Shown: in pieces, positions 9,535 through 19,837 of the stretch
Numbering within the stretch: the first letter of the stretch is position 1
How the letters are laid out: every line of letters begins with the position of its first letter
Assembly: GCA_044222475.1 (NCBI GenBank)
Contig: JBGANF010000010.1
Span: 32,001 to 96,000 of the forward strand
Length of the DNA: 64,000 bases
Direction of reading: 5' to 3'
Origin: Polyangiaceae bacterium
GTDB lineage: Bacteria; Myxococcota_A; Polyangia; Polyangiales; Polyangiaceae
Program-made: the position numbers and the translations under genes
The notes under the pieces: generated by a model
What the model was told of the DNA's origin: nothing
Seen by the model: the letters and a program-made list of their open reading frames with translations, nothing else
Database searches by the model: none

Positions 9535-9661
9535 AGCGGAAAAATAGCGCTCGGGGGGTAGCCAGTAAAGTACGCGCGCTCACGCCGACGTGGTTACAAG
9601 AAAAGATGGAAAGGGTTCCCGGCGAGCGATTCCCCCTGCTATCTTCGGGGGCCTTCGACGC

Positions 9662-12436
9662 ATGACCGATTCCCTGGACGATCTCGCGAATCGTTGGAAG
9701 AAGGCGCCCGACGCCGACTCCACCATCGCCCTTGCCGATGCGCTTCATGGATCGGTGCGGACCACGCTCGTCCAGCAAGTCGCCGACTTCGCCCAAGCGA
9801 AGATGCAGTCGAACGTGCCCGTGCTCCTCGCCATCGCGCGGATGTACATGGCGAGTCACAAGCTCGCGGAAGCGCAGGCGATTCTCGTCGCGGCTGGGAA
9901 GGTCGCTCCTCGCGAAGGCATCGTCTATCGCGTGCTCGGTGAGGTGCTTCTTCGCCGCGGAGACGCGGACCGCGCGGAGAAGGTCTTCGAGCGCGCGCTC
10001 CAGTTCGGGCTCAACGATCCAGACACCCGCATGTGGATCGAGCGGGCGAAGGTCTACAAGCCGATTCAGGCCAAAGCCGGCGCGCGCGCCGTGGCGGCCG
10101 AGGTCGCGCGCACCGCGCCGGTCGCGCCGCCGAAGGTCCCGCCGGCACGCCCCCCGATGGAATCGCTGAGCGCCGAGGACGAGGCGGAGACCTCGGTGCG
10201 CGATGCCCCGCAGTTCGCGGCGCCGGCGCCGCCGCCGAAGGCAAAGTCGCTCCCGCCGCCGGCGATGCCACCGGTGAAGCCTCCCTCGATGAGGCCGCCG
10301 CCGATCCCCCCGCCCGGGGCGATGCCGGCCGACATGCGTCCTCCGACGCCACCGCTCTTCGTGCCGGAGCCGGAGGAGCGAAAGTTCTCGATCAGCGCCG
10401 AGACCGCGCAAGCGTTCGACGCCGGGATCTTGCCGGAGCGACCGATGCCGGCGCGGGCACCGAAGAAAGAGCCCGATCCCTTCAAGCCGCCGCCCCACGT
10501 CGAGGGCGTGCCGGAGGCGCGTGACGTGCTCGACGCGCTCGCGCTCGCCGGCATCTTCGAGAAGGGCGAGAGCGCGGCGAAGGGCGCGTGGGACAAGCCG
10601 GTCGGACGTCAGCGTCGTCGCGGCTCGCTCCCGCTGCTCGTGCTCACGATCTTGATCGTGGGCGGCGGCATCGGTGGCTTCTTCTACCTCAAGTCGGAGC
10701 GCGAGAAGGCGCACCTCCGCGCCGAGACCGAGCTGAACGCGATCGAGACGGACATGCGCAAGAGCCAGGCGTCGCTCCTGCCGGACGTGGAGCAGAAGTT
10801 CTCGACCGTGTTCGAGATCGACTCCCGCTCCGATCGCGCCGCGCTCGATTGGCTCCGCGAGCGAGCGCTCACCGGGCTGCTCAAGGGTGGCGACACGGTG
10901 GCGTTCGAAGAATCGATGAACCGCGCGCGCGAGGTGAAGGTCAAAGAGGAACAGATTGCGTTCGCGCAGATCGGCTCGTTCCTCTTCACCGGTGACACCG
11001 TCGGCGCGGCAGGGCTGCTCTCGAAGTGGGACGCAGCATGCACGCAGGACGCCTGGTACCAAGTGCTCGCCGCGGCGACGCTCGAGCGCGCCGGCGACGC
11101 CCGCGCGAAGGATCGCTACGAGGCGGCGACCAAGCTCGATCCCGAGTTGATCATCGCGCACCTCGGTTTCATCCGCACGACGGCGATGGACGGCGATCCC
11201 GCGAAGGCGATGGAGCTCGCCAAGGCGTTCCGCGCGAAGTACCCCGATCGGATCGAAGGTCAGGCGCTCGTGGCGCTCGCGTGGGCGCGCGATCCGGCGC
11301 GGCCGGATGCGCCTCCGCCGGAGGTCGCCGAGACGATCGCGAAGGGCGAAGGCCTCCCCCTCCCGCTCCGCACGATCCCGCACGCGCTCGCGGCGATCCA
11401 AGCGGTCGACAAGCACGACTACGCGACCGTCAAGACCGAGGTCCAAGCCGGCCTCGCCGTCGTCGACAGCCCGGGCATGGCCTCGTGGCTCGGCATCGTC
11501 GCGCTCAACACCGGCGACGAGAGCCTCGCGCGGAAGGCGGCCCTCGCTGCGGTCGCGTTCTCGGCCGTGTATCCGCCGGCGCGCGTGCTCGCCGCGCGCG
11601 TCGCGCTCCTCGGCGATCGCCTGGACGAGGCGCTCAAGGCCACGGAGGACCTCGACCCCACGTCCCCGGACGTCGCCGTGGTCCGCGCAGCCGCCGCGTA
11701 CGAGCGCGTCGATGCGACGTCGCTCGGCGGCGCGCTCGAGGCCGTACCGATCGAGGGACGCAAGCTCCCGTTCCTCACGGCGCTCACGACGGCTCAAGAC
11801 GTGCTCCTCGGCCGGCTGCAGCTCCCGCCGGACAAGATCCTCGAGCTCGCCGACGACGACGCGCCATGGGCCGACGTCGTCGCGATGGACCTCGCGCTCG
11901 ACCTCGGTGACGTGGAGACGGCCGCGAAGATCGCCGAGCTCTGGAAGGGCACCGAGGACCGCGCGCTCCGCGCGCTGCGCCTGTCTCGCCTCGCCCGCTA
12001 CCAGGGCAAGCTCGACGACGCGGACAAGTACAGCCTCACCGCCCTCACGACCGGCTCGGTGACGACGCGCTCCTTGGCCGAGCGCGTCTACGTCCTCGTC
12101 GCGCGAGAGAAGTCGCACGAGGCGGGGCCGCTCCTCGCGAAATACCCGCTCGTCCTCGGGACGATGTCGGGGTGGCTCAGCGGCTACGCGACCGCATCGG
12201 CCGGCAAGGTGGACGATGCGCGCGGGCGCACGGCGAGCCTCGAGCCGCCCCCGTCCCTCGCGCCGGCTCCGGCCCGCACGATCGCCGCCATGTCGCTCGC
12301 AGCGATGAAGGATCGGCGTCGCGGACCGGACTACGTTCACGACCTGTTCGCATCCGGGATCGTGAACCCGGACACGGCGCGCGCGGGCGAGATCTTCGCG
12401 GTGAAGCCGCCGAACCGTCCGCCGCCGAAGCGGTGA
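9662..12436 (+). CDS. Large membrane-anchored TPR/helical-repeat protein with Pro-rich linker
   Basis: N-terminal TPR-like helices, Pro-rich segment, one TM helix (LLVLTILIVGGGIGGFFYL) and an Ala/Leu-rich helical C-terminus. Confidence 0.75.
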   Translation: MTDSLDDLANRWKKAPDADSTIALADALHGSVRTTLVQQVADFAQAKMQSNVPVLLAIARMYMASHKLAEAQAILVAAGKVAPREGIVYRVLGEVLLRRGDADRAEKVFERALQFGLNDPDTRMWIERAKVYKPIQAKAGARAVAAEVARTAPVAPPKVPPARPPMESLSAEDEAETSVRDAPQFAAPAPPPKAKSLPPPAMPPVKPPSMRPPPIPPPGAMPADMRPPTPPLFVPEPEERKFSISAETAQAFDAGILPERPMPARAPKKEPDPFKPPPHVEGVPEARDVLDALALAGIFEKGESAAKGAWDKPVGRQRRRGSLPLLVLTILIVGGGIGGFFYLKSEREKAHLRAETELNAIETDMRKSQASLLPDVEQKFSTVFEIDSRSDRAALDWLRERALTGLLKGGDTVAFEESMNRAREVKVKEEQIAFAQIGSFLFTGDTVGAAGLLSKWDAACTQDAWYQVLAAATLERAGDARAKDRYEAATKLDPELIIAHLGFIRTTAMDGDPAKAMELAKAFRAKYPDRIEGQALVALAWARDPARPDAPPPEVAETIAKGEGLPLPLRTIPHALAAIQAVDKHDYATVKTEVQAGLAVVDSPGMASWLGIVALNTGDESLARKAALAAVAFSAVYPPARVLAARVALLGDRLDEALKATEDLDPTSPDVAVVRAAAAYERVDATSLGGALEAVPIEGRKLPFLTALTTAQDVLLGRLQLPPDKILELADDDAPWADVVAMDLALDLGDVETAAKIAELWKGTEDRALRALRLSRLARYQGKLDDADKYSLTALTTGSVTTRSLAERVYVLVAREKSHEAGPLLAKYPLVLGTMSGWLSGYATASAGKVDDARGRTASLEPPPSLAPAPARTIAAMSLAAMKDRRRGPDYVHDLFASGIVNPDTARAGEIFAVKPPNRPPPKR

Positions 12437-13659
12437 CGCGCCTGGGCTCGCGCTCGCTCCCGCCGCGCTCGCCGTTCGCTTCGCGCTTCGCGCTGTCGCC
12501 CGACGTGTGTTTCTTGAACCACGGGTCGTTCGGTGCGACCCCGCGCGAGCTCTCGAAGCTGCAGACCGAGCTGCGCGATCGCGCCGAGGCGAACCCGATG
12601 CAGTTCTGGGTGCGCGACCTCGAGCCGTTGCTCGACCGCTCGCGCGCCGCGCTCGCCGCGCTCGTCGGTGCTCGACCGGGAGAGATCGCGTTCGTCCCGA
12701 ACGCCACGGCGGCAGTGAGCACCGTCCTACGGAGCTTGCGGTTTCGCGACGGTGACGAGCTCCTGACGACCGATCACGCGTACAACGCGTGCAAGAACGC
12801 GCTCGACTTCGTCGCCAGCGCGTCTGGGGCCAAGGTCGTGGTGGCGCGGATACCGTTTCCGATCGCTCGCGAGGAAGACGCGATCACCCCGGTGCTCGAC
12901 GCCGTGACGCCGCGCACGCGGCTCGTGCTCCTCGATCACGTGACGAGCCCGACCGGCCTCGTCATGCCCATCGCGCCGCTGGCGAGCGAGCTCCGAGCGC
13001 GCGGGGTCGACCTGCTGGTCGACGGCGCCCACGCGCCCGGCATGATCCCGCTCGATCTGGGCGCGCTCGGCGTGCCCTTCTACACCGGCAACTGCCACAA
13101 GTGGCTCTGCACGCCCAAGAGCGCGGCGATGTTCTACGTCCGCGAGGATCGGCAGGCCGAGATCCGTCCGCTCGCCATCAGCCACGGCGCGAACGCGACG
13201 CGAACGGATCGCTCGCGGTTCCTCATCGAGCACGATTGGGTCGGCACGATCGACCCGACGCCGTACCTCGTGGTCGCCGATGCGATCGCGTGGCTGTCGG
13301 GGATCTTCCCCGGTGGAATCGGCGAGGTGATGAAGCGCAATCGGGCGCTCGCGCTCGAGGCGCGCGCGATCCTCTGCGAGGCGCTCGGGGTGGAGGCTCC
13401 CTCGCCCGAGTCGATGATCGGCTCGCTGGCGGCGGTGCCGCTGCCCGACGGAAGAGGCACGGGTGCGCCGTCGGCGCTGAGTTGGGGAGACGACCTGCAG
13501 CGACGCCTCTGGGAGAACCACTCCATCGAGGTCCCGATCGTGCCGTGGCCGCGGGCCCCGAAGCGGCTCGTGCGGGTCAGCGCGCAGATCTACGATTCGC
13601 GTGAAGAATACACGTATCTGGCGGATGCCCTTCGGGAGGAGCTCGCCGCGGAGAGGTGA
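12433..13659 (+). CDS. Class V PLP-dependent enzyme (isopenicillin-N epimerase / hercynylcysteine sulfoxide lyase-like)
   Basis: FLNHGSFGATP, DHVTSPTG, VDGAHAPG and GNCHKWLCTPK; GTGA overlap with the previous gene. Confidence 0.85.
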   Translation: MTRLGSRSLPPRSPFASRFALSPDVCFLNHGSFGATPRELSKLQTELRDRAEANPMQFWVRDLEPLLDRSRAALAALVGARPGEIAFVPNATAAVSTVLRSLRFRDGDELLTTDHAYNACKNALDFVASASGAKVVVARIPFPIAREEDAITPVLDAVTPRTRLVLLDHVTSPTGLVMPIAPLASELRARGVDLLVDGAHAPGMIPLDLGALGVPFYTGNCHKWLCTPKSAAMFYVREDRQAEIRPLAISHGANATRTDRSRFLIEHDWVGTIDPTPYLVVADAIAWLSGIFPGGIGEVMKRNRALALEARAILCEALGVEAPSPESMIGSLAAVPLPDGRGTGAPSALSWGDDLQRRLWENHSIEVPIVPWPRAPKRLVRVSAQIYDSREEYTYLADALREELAAER

Positions 13660-13666
13660 GCTCGGG

Positions 13667-14803
13667 TCAGCGCTTCTGCGGCTGGCCGACCGGCGCGAGG
13701 CCGCCGGAGGTGCGGCCTTCGACCATCATGCGGAGCTCGTCGGGCTCGAGGGATCGGCCCATCGCCTCTTCGAGGGAGATGATGCGCCGGGCGTAGAGCG
13801 AGAAGAGCGACTGGTTGAGGGTCTGCATCCCGTGCTTGTCCTGGCCGACCTGCATCGAGCTGTAGATCTGGTGGACCTTGTCTTCGCGGATGAGGTTTCG
13901 GATCGCCGGGTTGGGCAGCATGACCTCGAGCGCCATCACGCGGCCGGGGGCGCCGAGGCGGGGGATGAGCTGCTGGCTGATGACGCCTTGGAGGACGAAG
14001 GACAGCTTCGCGCGAACCTGCTGCTGCTGGTGCGGCGGGAAGACGTCGATGATGCGGTTGATGGTCGAGACCGCGCTGTTGGTGTGGAGCGTCGCGAAGA
14101 CGAGGTGACCCGTCTCGCTGATGGTGAGGGCGGCCTCGATGGTCTCGAGGTCTCGCATTTCGCCGACGAGCACGACGTCCGGGTCCTGCCGGAGGGCGTA
14201 CTTGAGGGCGGTCTTGAACGCCTCGGTGTCGGTGCCGACCTCGCGTTGGTTGACGACGCTGAGCTTGTGCGGGTGGAGATACTCGATCGGGTCTTCGATC
14301 GTGATGATGTGCAGCCGCTGCTCGGTGTTGATCTTGTCGATCATCGACGCGAGCGTGGTGCTCTTGCCGGAGCCGGTCGGGCCGGTGACGAGGACGAGAC
14401 CGCTCGGCTTCTGGGCGAGGTCGGCGACCGCGGGCGGCAGGCCGAGCTCCTCGAACGTGAGGATCTTGAACGGGATGGTTCGGAACGCGCCGGCGACGTT
14501 GTCGCGCTGCATGAAGATGTTGGCGCGGAATCGAGAAAGGCCGCGGACGCCGAACGCGAAGTCGAGCTCGTTGGCTTGCTCGAACGCGATCTTCTGCTCC
14601 TCGGTGAGGATGGTGTAGCAGAGGCGCTTCGTGTCGACCGGCTCGAGCTTGGGGAGCTTGAGCGGTACGATCGCCCCGTCGATGCGGAGGAGCGGCGGAG
14701 ATCCCGTCGTGATGTGGAGGTCGCTGGCTCCCTTCTCGATCATGGCGCGAAGAAGCTGGTGGAGCTGGACCTGTCCCGCGGTCTCGGGCGGCTGTTGGGT
14801 CAT
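13667..14803 (-). CDS. pilT: Type IV pilus retraction ATPase PilT
   Basis: GASDLHIT, GPTGSGKSTT, TIEDPIE, LRQDPDVVLVGEMRD, ETGHLVFATLHTN and AIRNLIRE. Confidence 0.96.
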   Translation of the reverse strand: MTQQPPETAGQVQLHQLLRAMIEKGASDLHITTGSPPLLRIDGAIVPLKLPKLEPVDTKRLCYTILTEEQKIAFEQANELDFAFGVRGLSRFRANIFMQRDNVAGAFRTIPFKILTFEELGLPPAVADLAQKPSGLVLVTGPTGSGKSTTLASMIDKINTEQRLHIITIEDPIEYLHPHKLSVVNQREVGTDTEAFKTALKYALRQDPDVVLVGEMRDLETIEAALTISETGHLVFATLHTNSAVSTINRIIDVFPPHQQQQVRAKLSFVLQGVISQQLIPRLGAPGRVMALEVMLPNPAIRNLIREDKVHQIYSSMQVGQDKHGMQTLNQSLFSLYARRIISLEEAMGRSLEPDELRMMVEGRTSGGLAPVGQPQKR

Positions 14804-15990
14804 GGTCGCAGACTATCACGCGCGAGGACTGCGGCGATGCGCTCCGCGCCGCGGTCGATGTCGCCTACATCGTGGTACGGCCCGAAGCCGAACCGGAGGC
14901 GGTCGCCGCGGACGTCGGTGACGACCTTGGCCTCGGCGAGCCGATCGTGGAGGCGTTTCGCGGGTCCGTCGGTGCCGGGGAGTCGAAACGTGAGGAAGCT
15001 CCCGCGGCGCGGTTCGTCGACGGGGACGACGAGGTTCTTGGGGTCGAGCGCAGGAGCGCGACCGCCGAGCGCCTCGACGAAGCGGCGCTGCATCGCGTGG
15101 GCGTGGCGGTGGATGTCGGGGACGGTGACGTTCTCCTTCAGGAGAAGGCGTTGCACGGCGTTGAAGCGGAAGATCGCGGACGGGTCGAACGTCGCGCCGA
15201 GGAAGCGACTCCCGTCGGCCGCGTAGGGGACGGGCCCGCCGGAGGCAGACTCCAGGGCGAAGAAGGCGGCGAACCAACCGGTGTTCGGCGGGCGCGGGAA
15301 CGCGCCGGCGGGGGCATGGAGAAAGCACGCGCCCTCCCCGGCCATGGCGTACTTGTAGCCACCGGCGAGGTAGAAGGCGCGGTCGGCGATGGCCGAGAGG
15401 TCGGTGTCGACGGCCATGAAGCCGTGGTACCCGTCGATGACGATGGCTGCCTTGGTCGTCGAGATCGAGCGGACGAGCGCGTCGACGTCTACGACGTAGC
15501 CGGAGTCGAAGAAGACCTGGCTGGTCCACACGAGGTCGTACTCGCTCGCGCGCGCGGCGGTGGTGAAGCGCTCGACGAACGATGCGAAGGGCTCGGTCGC
15601 GACGCGGACGACTTGGACTGCGCCGGCCTCTTCGAGCCGCGAGACTTGACGGGAGAAGGAGTGGAACTCGCCGTCGGTGGTGAGGATGCGCGCGGGCCTG
15701 TCGGAGGGGAGGCAGGAGAGGATGCGAACGACGAATTCGTGGGTGTTGGGGGCGAAAGCGAGGGTTCGACCGTCGCCGAGCCGAAGGATGCGGGCGACGT
15801 GCTCGTGGGCTTCGCGCCATGGGCCGGCGAAGAAGGGGCCCCATTTCCCGTCGGCGTGGCGGGCGGCGAGCTCCCACGCGTCGAGGTGCGCGTCGCGGGT
15901 CACGTCGGGCCAATAGTGGTGCGAGTGCGCTGCGAAGTGGATGCGCTCGGGGTCGCCGGCGAGGAAGCGCGCGAAGTGCGCCTTGAGCAT
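14800..15990 (-). CDS. Class V PLP-dependent enzyme, kynureninase-like
   Basis: HFAAHSHH, EFHS, IDGYH, GGYKYAMAGEG and DVRGDRLRFGFG; its stop overlaps the pilT ATG. Confidence 0.8.
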   Translation of the reverse strand: MLKAHFARFLAGDPERIHFAAHSHHYWPDVTRDAHLDAWELAARHADGKWGPFFAGPWREAHEHVARILRLGDGRTLAFAPNTHEFVVRILSCLPSDRPARILTTDGEFHSFSRQVSRLEEAGAVQVVRVATEPFASFVERFTTAARASEYDLVWTSQVFFDSGYVVDVDALVRSISTTKAAIVIDGYHGFMAVDTDLSAIADRAFYLAGGYKYAMAGEGACFLHAPAGAFPRPPNTGWFAAFFALESASGGPVPYAADGSRFLGATFDPSAIFRFNAVQRLLLKENVTVPDIHRHAHAMQRRFVEALGGRAPALDPKNLVVPVDEPRRGSFLTFRLPGTDGPAKRLHDRLAEAKVVTDVRGDRLRFGFGPYHDVGDIDRGAERIAAVLARDSLRP

Positions 15991-16008
15991 CGCCCGGTCA
16001 TAGCAGAG

Positions 16009-16638
16009 TCAATGGAGGTGCGCAGCCTCGTCGTCGTGGTCGGCTTCGTAGCACGGCGCGATCGGTCCCCACGCAGCGTACCAAATTGGGACGTAGTCGA
16101 TGCGGTTGGGGTTCCCGCGAACGTCGGCGTGATGGAAGCGGTCGTCGTCTTCGGTCATCTCCCAAGGATTGTGGAGCCCGATGCCGAACTCGCGACGAAA
16201 CTCTTGGATGCTGGATTCGAGACGGTGGACGGTGGTCTCCCAGCCTTTGCGAAACTTGGCCGGTTTCTTCGCGAATGCCGCTTTGAGCGCGAGCTCGAGG
16301 AACGGCTCGACGGTGGTGCGATGGTAGATGGTGCGCAGCGCGTGCTCGCCGCGCTTGGTGAGGTCGAGTCGGACCTGGCGTCGGTCGCACGGGCATTGGG
16401 AGCGCTCGACGAAGCCGAGACTCTCCAGTGTGCGGACCATGCGGCTGACGACGGCTGCGCTGACGCAGAGGTGGCGCCGCAAAGTGCTCTGGAGCATGCC
16501 CAGGGAGTCGCGACCCTCGAGGATGGCGCGAAGCATGTCGAGCCGAGCAGGTGTGAGGCCGACCTCGGCGGTGCCGCCGCGAGTGAACCGGACGGCGGTG
16601 AGGTGGGCGTGTTTCATTTCGAAGAAGACGGTGTGCAT
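16009..16638 (-). CDS. MarR-family winged-helix regulator
   Basis: GLTPARLDML, VSAAVVSRMVRTLESLGFVER and DRRQVRLDLTKRG; start placed at ATG 16638, downstream of a sigma54 motif. Confidence 0.8.
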   Translation of the reverse strand: MHTVFFEMKHAHLTAVRFTRGGTAEVGLTPARLDMLRAILEGRDSLGMLQSTLRRHLCVSAAVVSRMVRTLESLGFVERSQCPCDRRQVRLDLTKRGEHALRTIYHRTTVEPFLELALKAAFAKKPAKFRKGWETTVHRLESSIQEFRREFGIGLHNPWEMTEDDDRFHHADVRGNPNRIDYVPIWYAAWGPIAPCYEADHDDEAAHLH

Positions 16639-16651
16639 GTTCCGCAAGGAG

Positions 16652-16667
16652 AGCACCTCTCGTGCCA
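16652..16667 (-). promoter_or_regulatory. Sigma54 -24/-12 promoter (MarR gene)
   Basis: TGGCAC-GAGAG-GTGCT. Confidence 0.6.
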
Positions 16668-16714
16668 GCCCCCGCCGGGGACCGCCCCCGCACGGTCCGG
16701 CACAAAACGAGGCA

Positions 16715-16736
16715 GATCGTGATCATGATCACGATC
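16715..16736. promoter_or_regulatory. Perfect 22-bp palindrome, candidate operator or enhancer
   Basis: gatcgtgatcatgatcacgatc, about 50 bp upstream of the sigma54 motif. Confidence 0.5.
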
Positions 16737-16788
16737 CGTCCCGTAGTGAGGGGGTGGCGCGGTGGCGGGGTCGGTGGCGGCGCGCCAC

Positions 16789-19323
16789 TCAGGGCGTCGC
16801 GTCGGCTCCGGCGCCGGCGTCCGTGTCGTAGGGGTTGGCTGGCAGCTCCACGACCTCGGTGGGCTCGGTCCCCGCCAGGAACACTTCGTCCATCACGTCG
16901 TCGTCGCCTTCCGGCGGCAGCTTCCCGGTCTTCTTGTCGATTCGAACCGTCACCACCCCAGCGGGCCTCGGGAAGTCGCTCGCCGGCTTCTTGTCGTGCG
17001 CCACCTTCATGAACTCGATCCACGCCGGCAACGCCGTCTGCGCACCCGTCTCTCCGGCGCCGAGCGCCTTCCCGTCGTCGTAGCCAACCCAGACGACCGC
17101 CGCCAGCTCCGTGGAGTAGCCCGCAAACCACGTGTCCTTCGACGCGTTGCTCGTCCCCGTCTTTCCTGCCAGCGGCCGCGCCAACGAGCGCGCTCGCACC
17201 GCCGTGCCGTGGTCCACCACGCTCGTCAGCATGTTCGTCGTCAGGTACGCCTCCGACTCGTCGAGCACTCGACGCGGCGGCGGCATCTCCGGCAGCGCTC
17301 GCTCCTTGCCGTCGGGACCGACGATCTTCGTCACGATCCGCGGCTCGTCGTACATCCCGCCCGACGCGAACGTCGCATACGCGCCGCAGAGCTCGAGCGG
17401 CTCGATCTCGTAGCTCCCGAGCGCCAGCGACAGATCCGGCTTCATCGTCGAACGAATGCCGAGCGACTGCGCATACGAGACGACGTTCGCCGGCCCCACG
17501 CTCGCGAGGACACGCACGGCAACCACGTTCACCGAGTTGGCGAGCGCCTCGCGGAGGCGCAACGGGTCCTTCCCCGTCCATCCCTCGTAGTTGCTCGGCT
17601 TGTAGCCACCGGGGAACACGTCCGGGTTCGGATCGACGAGCGTCGCCGGCGTGAACGCCCGCGACCGAAGGCCGTACGAGTAGACGATCGGCTTGAACGT
17701 CGACCCCGGCTGTCGCTTCGACTGCGTCGCTCGGTCGAGCCCGCCGCTCGCCGCTTCGTAGTTGCCCACGAGCGCCACGATCTGCCGCGTCCGCACGTCG
17801 ATCGCCACGAACGCCCCCTCCGGACCGCTCTCGAGACGCAGCGGCACCCTCACCGGCGGCGCGTTCGGATCCGCCTTCGCCGGATCCGCCACCGGCCCCA
17901 GCAGACTCACCCGCACGAGCGCCCCCTGCGGCGCGAACTTGCTCGGCGGCAGCTGCCCAGGGTTGTAGCGCGCGTAGTCGGCGAGCTTGATTTGCCCCGT
18001 GACCGTCCCGACCGTGACGTCGAACGTGCCCGCCGCGTCGTCGCTCGCCGCGACTTCGCCGATCAACACCTTGTGCTGATCGAAGCTCGGCGTCCCGGTG
18101 AACGGCGGTTCCTTCGGCGGAGGCGGCTTGATGACGTGACCCTTCTTGTCGGTCGTCGGTTGCGGCGGCGGCTTCAGCGGCCCCACGGCGCCCTTCCGCT
18201 TGTCGTACGCCACCAACGCATCACGCACCGCCGTGCGCGCCGCAGTCTGCAACTTCGGATCGATGCTGGTCGTGATCGTGAATCCGCCCAGCTTCTCTTC
18301 GTCGGGCGCGACCTCCTTCAGCATCCGCTTCGCGAGCTCCACCGCCTCCGGCGCAAGCTCTCCGTTGACGGGAACCACCGCCGCCAGCGTGATCGTCTCG
18401 CCCTTCGCGGCTTCGAACTGCGCGTCGTCGAGGAACTTCTTCTGGTGCATCTGGCCCAGCACGAAGTCCCGCCGCTGCAGCGCCTTGTCGAAGTGCTTTC
18501 GCGGGTTGTACGACTCCGGCCCGGCCACGGTCCCAGCGAGCATCGCGGCCTCGCCGATGGTGAGATCCTTCGCGCTCTTTCCGAACGCGTTGCGCGCCGC
18601 CTCCTCCACGCCGTAGCGCCCGTCGCCGAAGTAGATGTGGTTCAAGTACAGCTCGAGGATCTCGTCCTTGGAGAGCTCTTGCTCCAACCGCCGCGCCAGC
18701 AGCGCCTCGCGGATCTTGCGGCGGAAGGTCTTCTCCTGATCGAGCAGCAGGTTCTTGACCACCTGCTGCGTGATCGTCGAGCCGCCCTGTTTGAACTTCC
18801 CGCTCTTCAGGTTCACCAGCATCGCGCGCGCGATGCCCCAGTAGTTCAACCCGTCGTGCTCGTAGAAGTTCGCGTCCTCCGCGGCGAGGAACGCGAGCTT
18901 CACGTGGGGCGGGAGCGACGCGATCGAGATGACCGTTCTCCGCTCGGTGAAGATCTCGGCGAGAAGCGTCCCGTCCTTGGCGAGGACCCGCGTCGTCTGC
19001 GCGGGGTGATAGTTCCCCTTCAGATCGGCGACCGAGGGGAGATCCTCCTCGTAGTGCTTCACCATGATCCAGAAGCCGATCACCGAGGCGATCGCGAGCA
19101 CCGCGCACGCGATCCCCACTCGCTTGGTCCAGCGAAGCAGCGCCACCCGGACGCGCTTCCACTTCGCAGCCCGCACGGCCGCCGGCGACTCGGGGACGGT
19201 CGTCTTCGATCGCTTCGTCGCCGGTAGCGGTGCCGCCACGTTCACGTCCTTGGAAACGCTGGAGGTACCCGGGGCGCTTCCGCGGACCTTCCGGTTCGGC
19301 GGATCGGGCTCAGTTGCTGCCAA
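16789..19323 (-). CDS. Class A penicillin-binding protein (PBP1A family)
   Basis: Transglycosylase motifs AAEDANFYEH, QGGSTITQQVVKN and RKIREA; transpeptidase motifs STFK, SVN and KTG. Confidence 0.93.
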   Translation of the reverse strand: MAATEPDPPNRKVRGSAPGTSSVSKDVNVAAPLPATKRSKTTVPESPAAVRAAKWKRVRVALLRWTKRVGIACAVLAIASVIGFWIMVKHYEEDLPSVADLKGNYHPAQTTRVLAKDGTLLAEIFTERRTVISIASLPPHVKLAFLAAEDANFYEHDGLNYWGIARAMLVNLKSGKFKQGGSTITQQVVKNLLLDQEKTFRRKIREALLARRLEQELSKDEILELYLNHIYFGDGRYGVEEAARNAFGKSAKDLTIGEAAMLAGTVAGPESYNPRKHFDKALQRRDFVLGQMHQKKFLDDAQFEAAKGETITLAAVVPVNGELAPEAVELAKRMLKEVAPDEEKLGGFTITTSIDPKLQTAARTAVRDALVAYDKRKGAVGPLKPPPQPTTDKKGHVIKPPPPKEPPFTGTPSFDQHKVLIGEVAASDDAAGTFDVTVGTVTGQIKLADYARYNPGQLPPSKFAPQGALVRVSLLGPVADPAKADPNAPPVRVPLRLESGPEGAFVAIDVRTRQIVALVGNYEAASGGLDRATQSKRQPGSTFKPIVYSYGLRSRAFTPATLVDPNPDVFPGGYKPSNYEGWTGKDPLRLREALANSVNVVAVRVLASVGPANVVSYAQSLGIRSTMKPDLSLALGSYEIEPLELCGAYATFASGGMYDEPRIVTKIVGPDGKERALPEMPPPRRVLDESEAYLTTNMLTSVVDHGTAVRARSLARPLAGKTGTSNASKDTWFAGYSTELAAVVWVGYDDGKALGAGETGAQTALPAWIEFMKVAHDKKPASDFPRPAGVVTVRIDKKTGKLPPEGDDDVMDEVFLAGTEPTEVVELPANPYDTDAGAGADATP

Positions 19324-19816
19324 TCGCGGCCTTCGGTTTCAGCGGCGCGTAGGCCGGTTGGCCGGGGAGCTGCTCTCCGCTCGGGACGGCCACGAGCACC
19401 TCGTCGGAGCTCTGATCCGAGAGCTTCGTGGCCTGATCCGGGTCCAACCACAGGGTCCGGCACTTGACCGCGCCGAGCACCGAGTCGACGTCTTGCCGCA
19501 GGTAATAGTTACGCCCAGCCTCGACGACCATCGTCTGCGTGTCCGCGGTGTCGGCGTCGGACACGATGTGATGCTCACCCGGCTCCGCCAGGTAGCAGAA
19601 GCGCGTCCCGCCGCGCGTCGCGCCGACGAGGGTGCCGTTGTCGCGTACGGCGAACGTCACGCCTCCGGCCTCGGCGCCGGGGCGGATGACGCAGATCCGA
19701 GCGCGCCCCTCCGGGACCGCGCCGGTCAGCGGGAGCGAACCCTCCCGCTTCTCGAGCGACCACGCGGAGCACCCCGTCACGGCGACGAGGCCAAAGAGGA
19801 GAACGAGCCGGCGCAT
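19310..19816 (-). CDS. Lipoprotein, DUF2846-like
   Basis: Lipobox VTGC; ARICVIRP, DNGTLVGAT, AEPGEH and VEAGRNYYLRQ. Confidence 0.7.
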   Translation of the reverse strand: MRRLVLLFGLVAVTGCSAWSLEKREGSLPLTGAVPEGRARICVIRPGAEAGGVTFAVRDNGTLVGATRGGTRFCYLAEPGEHHIVSDADTADTQTMVVEAGRNYYLRQDVDSVLGAVKCRTLWLDPDQATKLSDQSSDEVLVAVPSGEQLPGQPAYAPLKPKAAIGSN

Positions 19817-19837
19817 ACGACGAAAGGGAGTGTAGCG

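Noticed and set aside
9134..12340. Very long antisense and alternate-frame ORFs (also 6819-9089, 16762-19227, 23975-26287, 42091-44736 and others)
   Set aside because: Arg/Ala/Gly-rich shadows of real genes, expected from stop-codon scarcity at high GC; no recognisable motifs.
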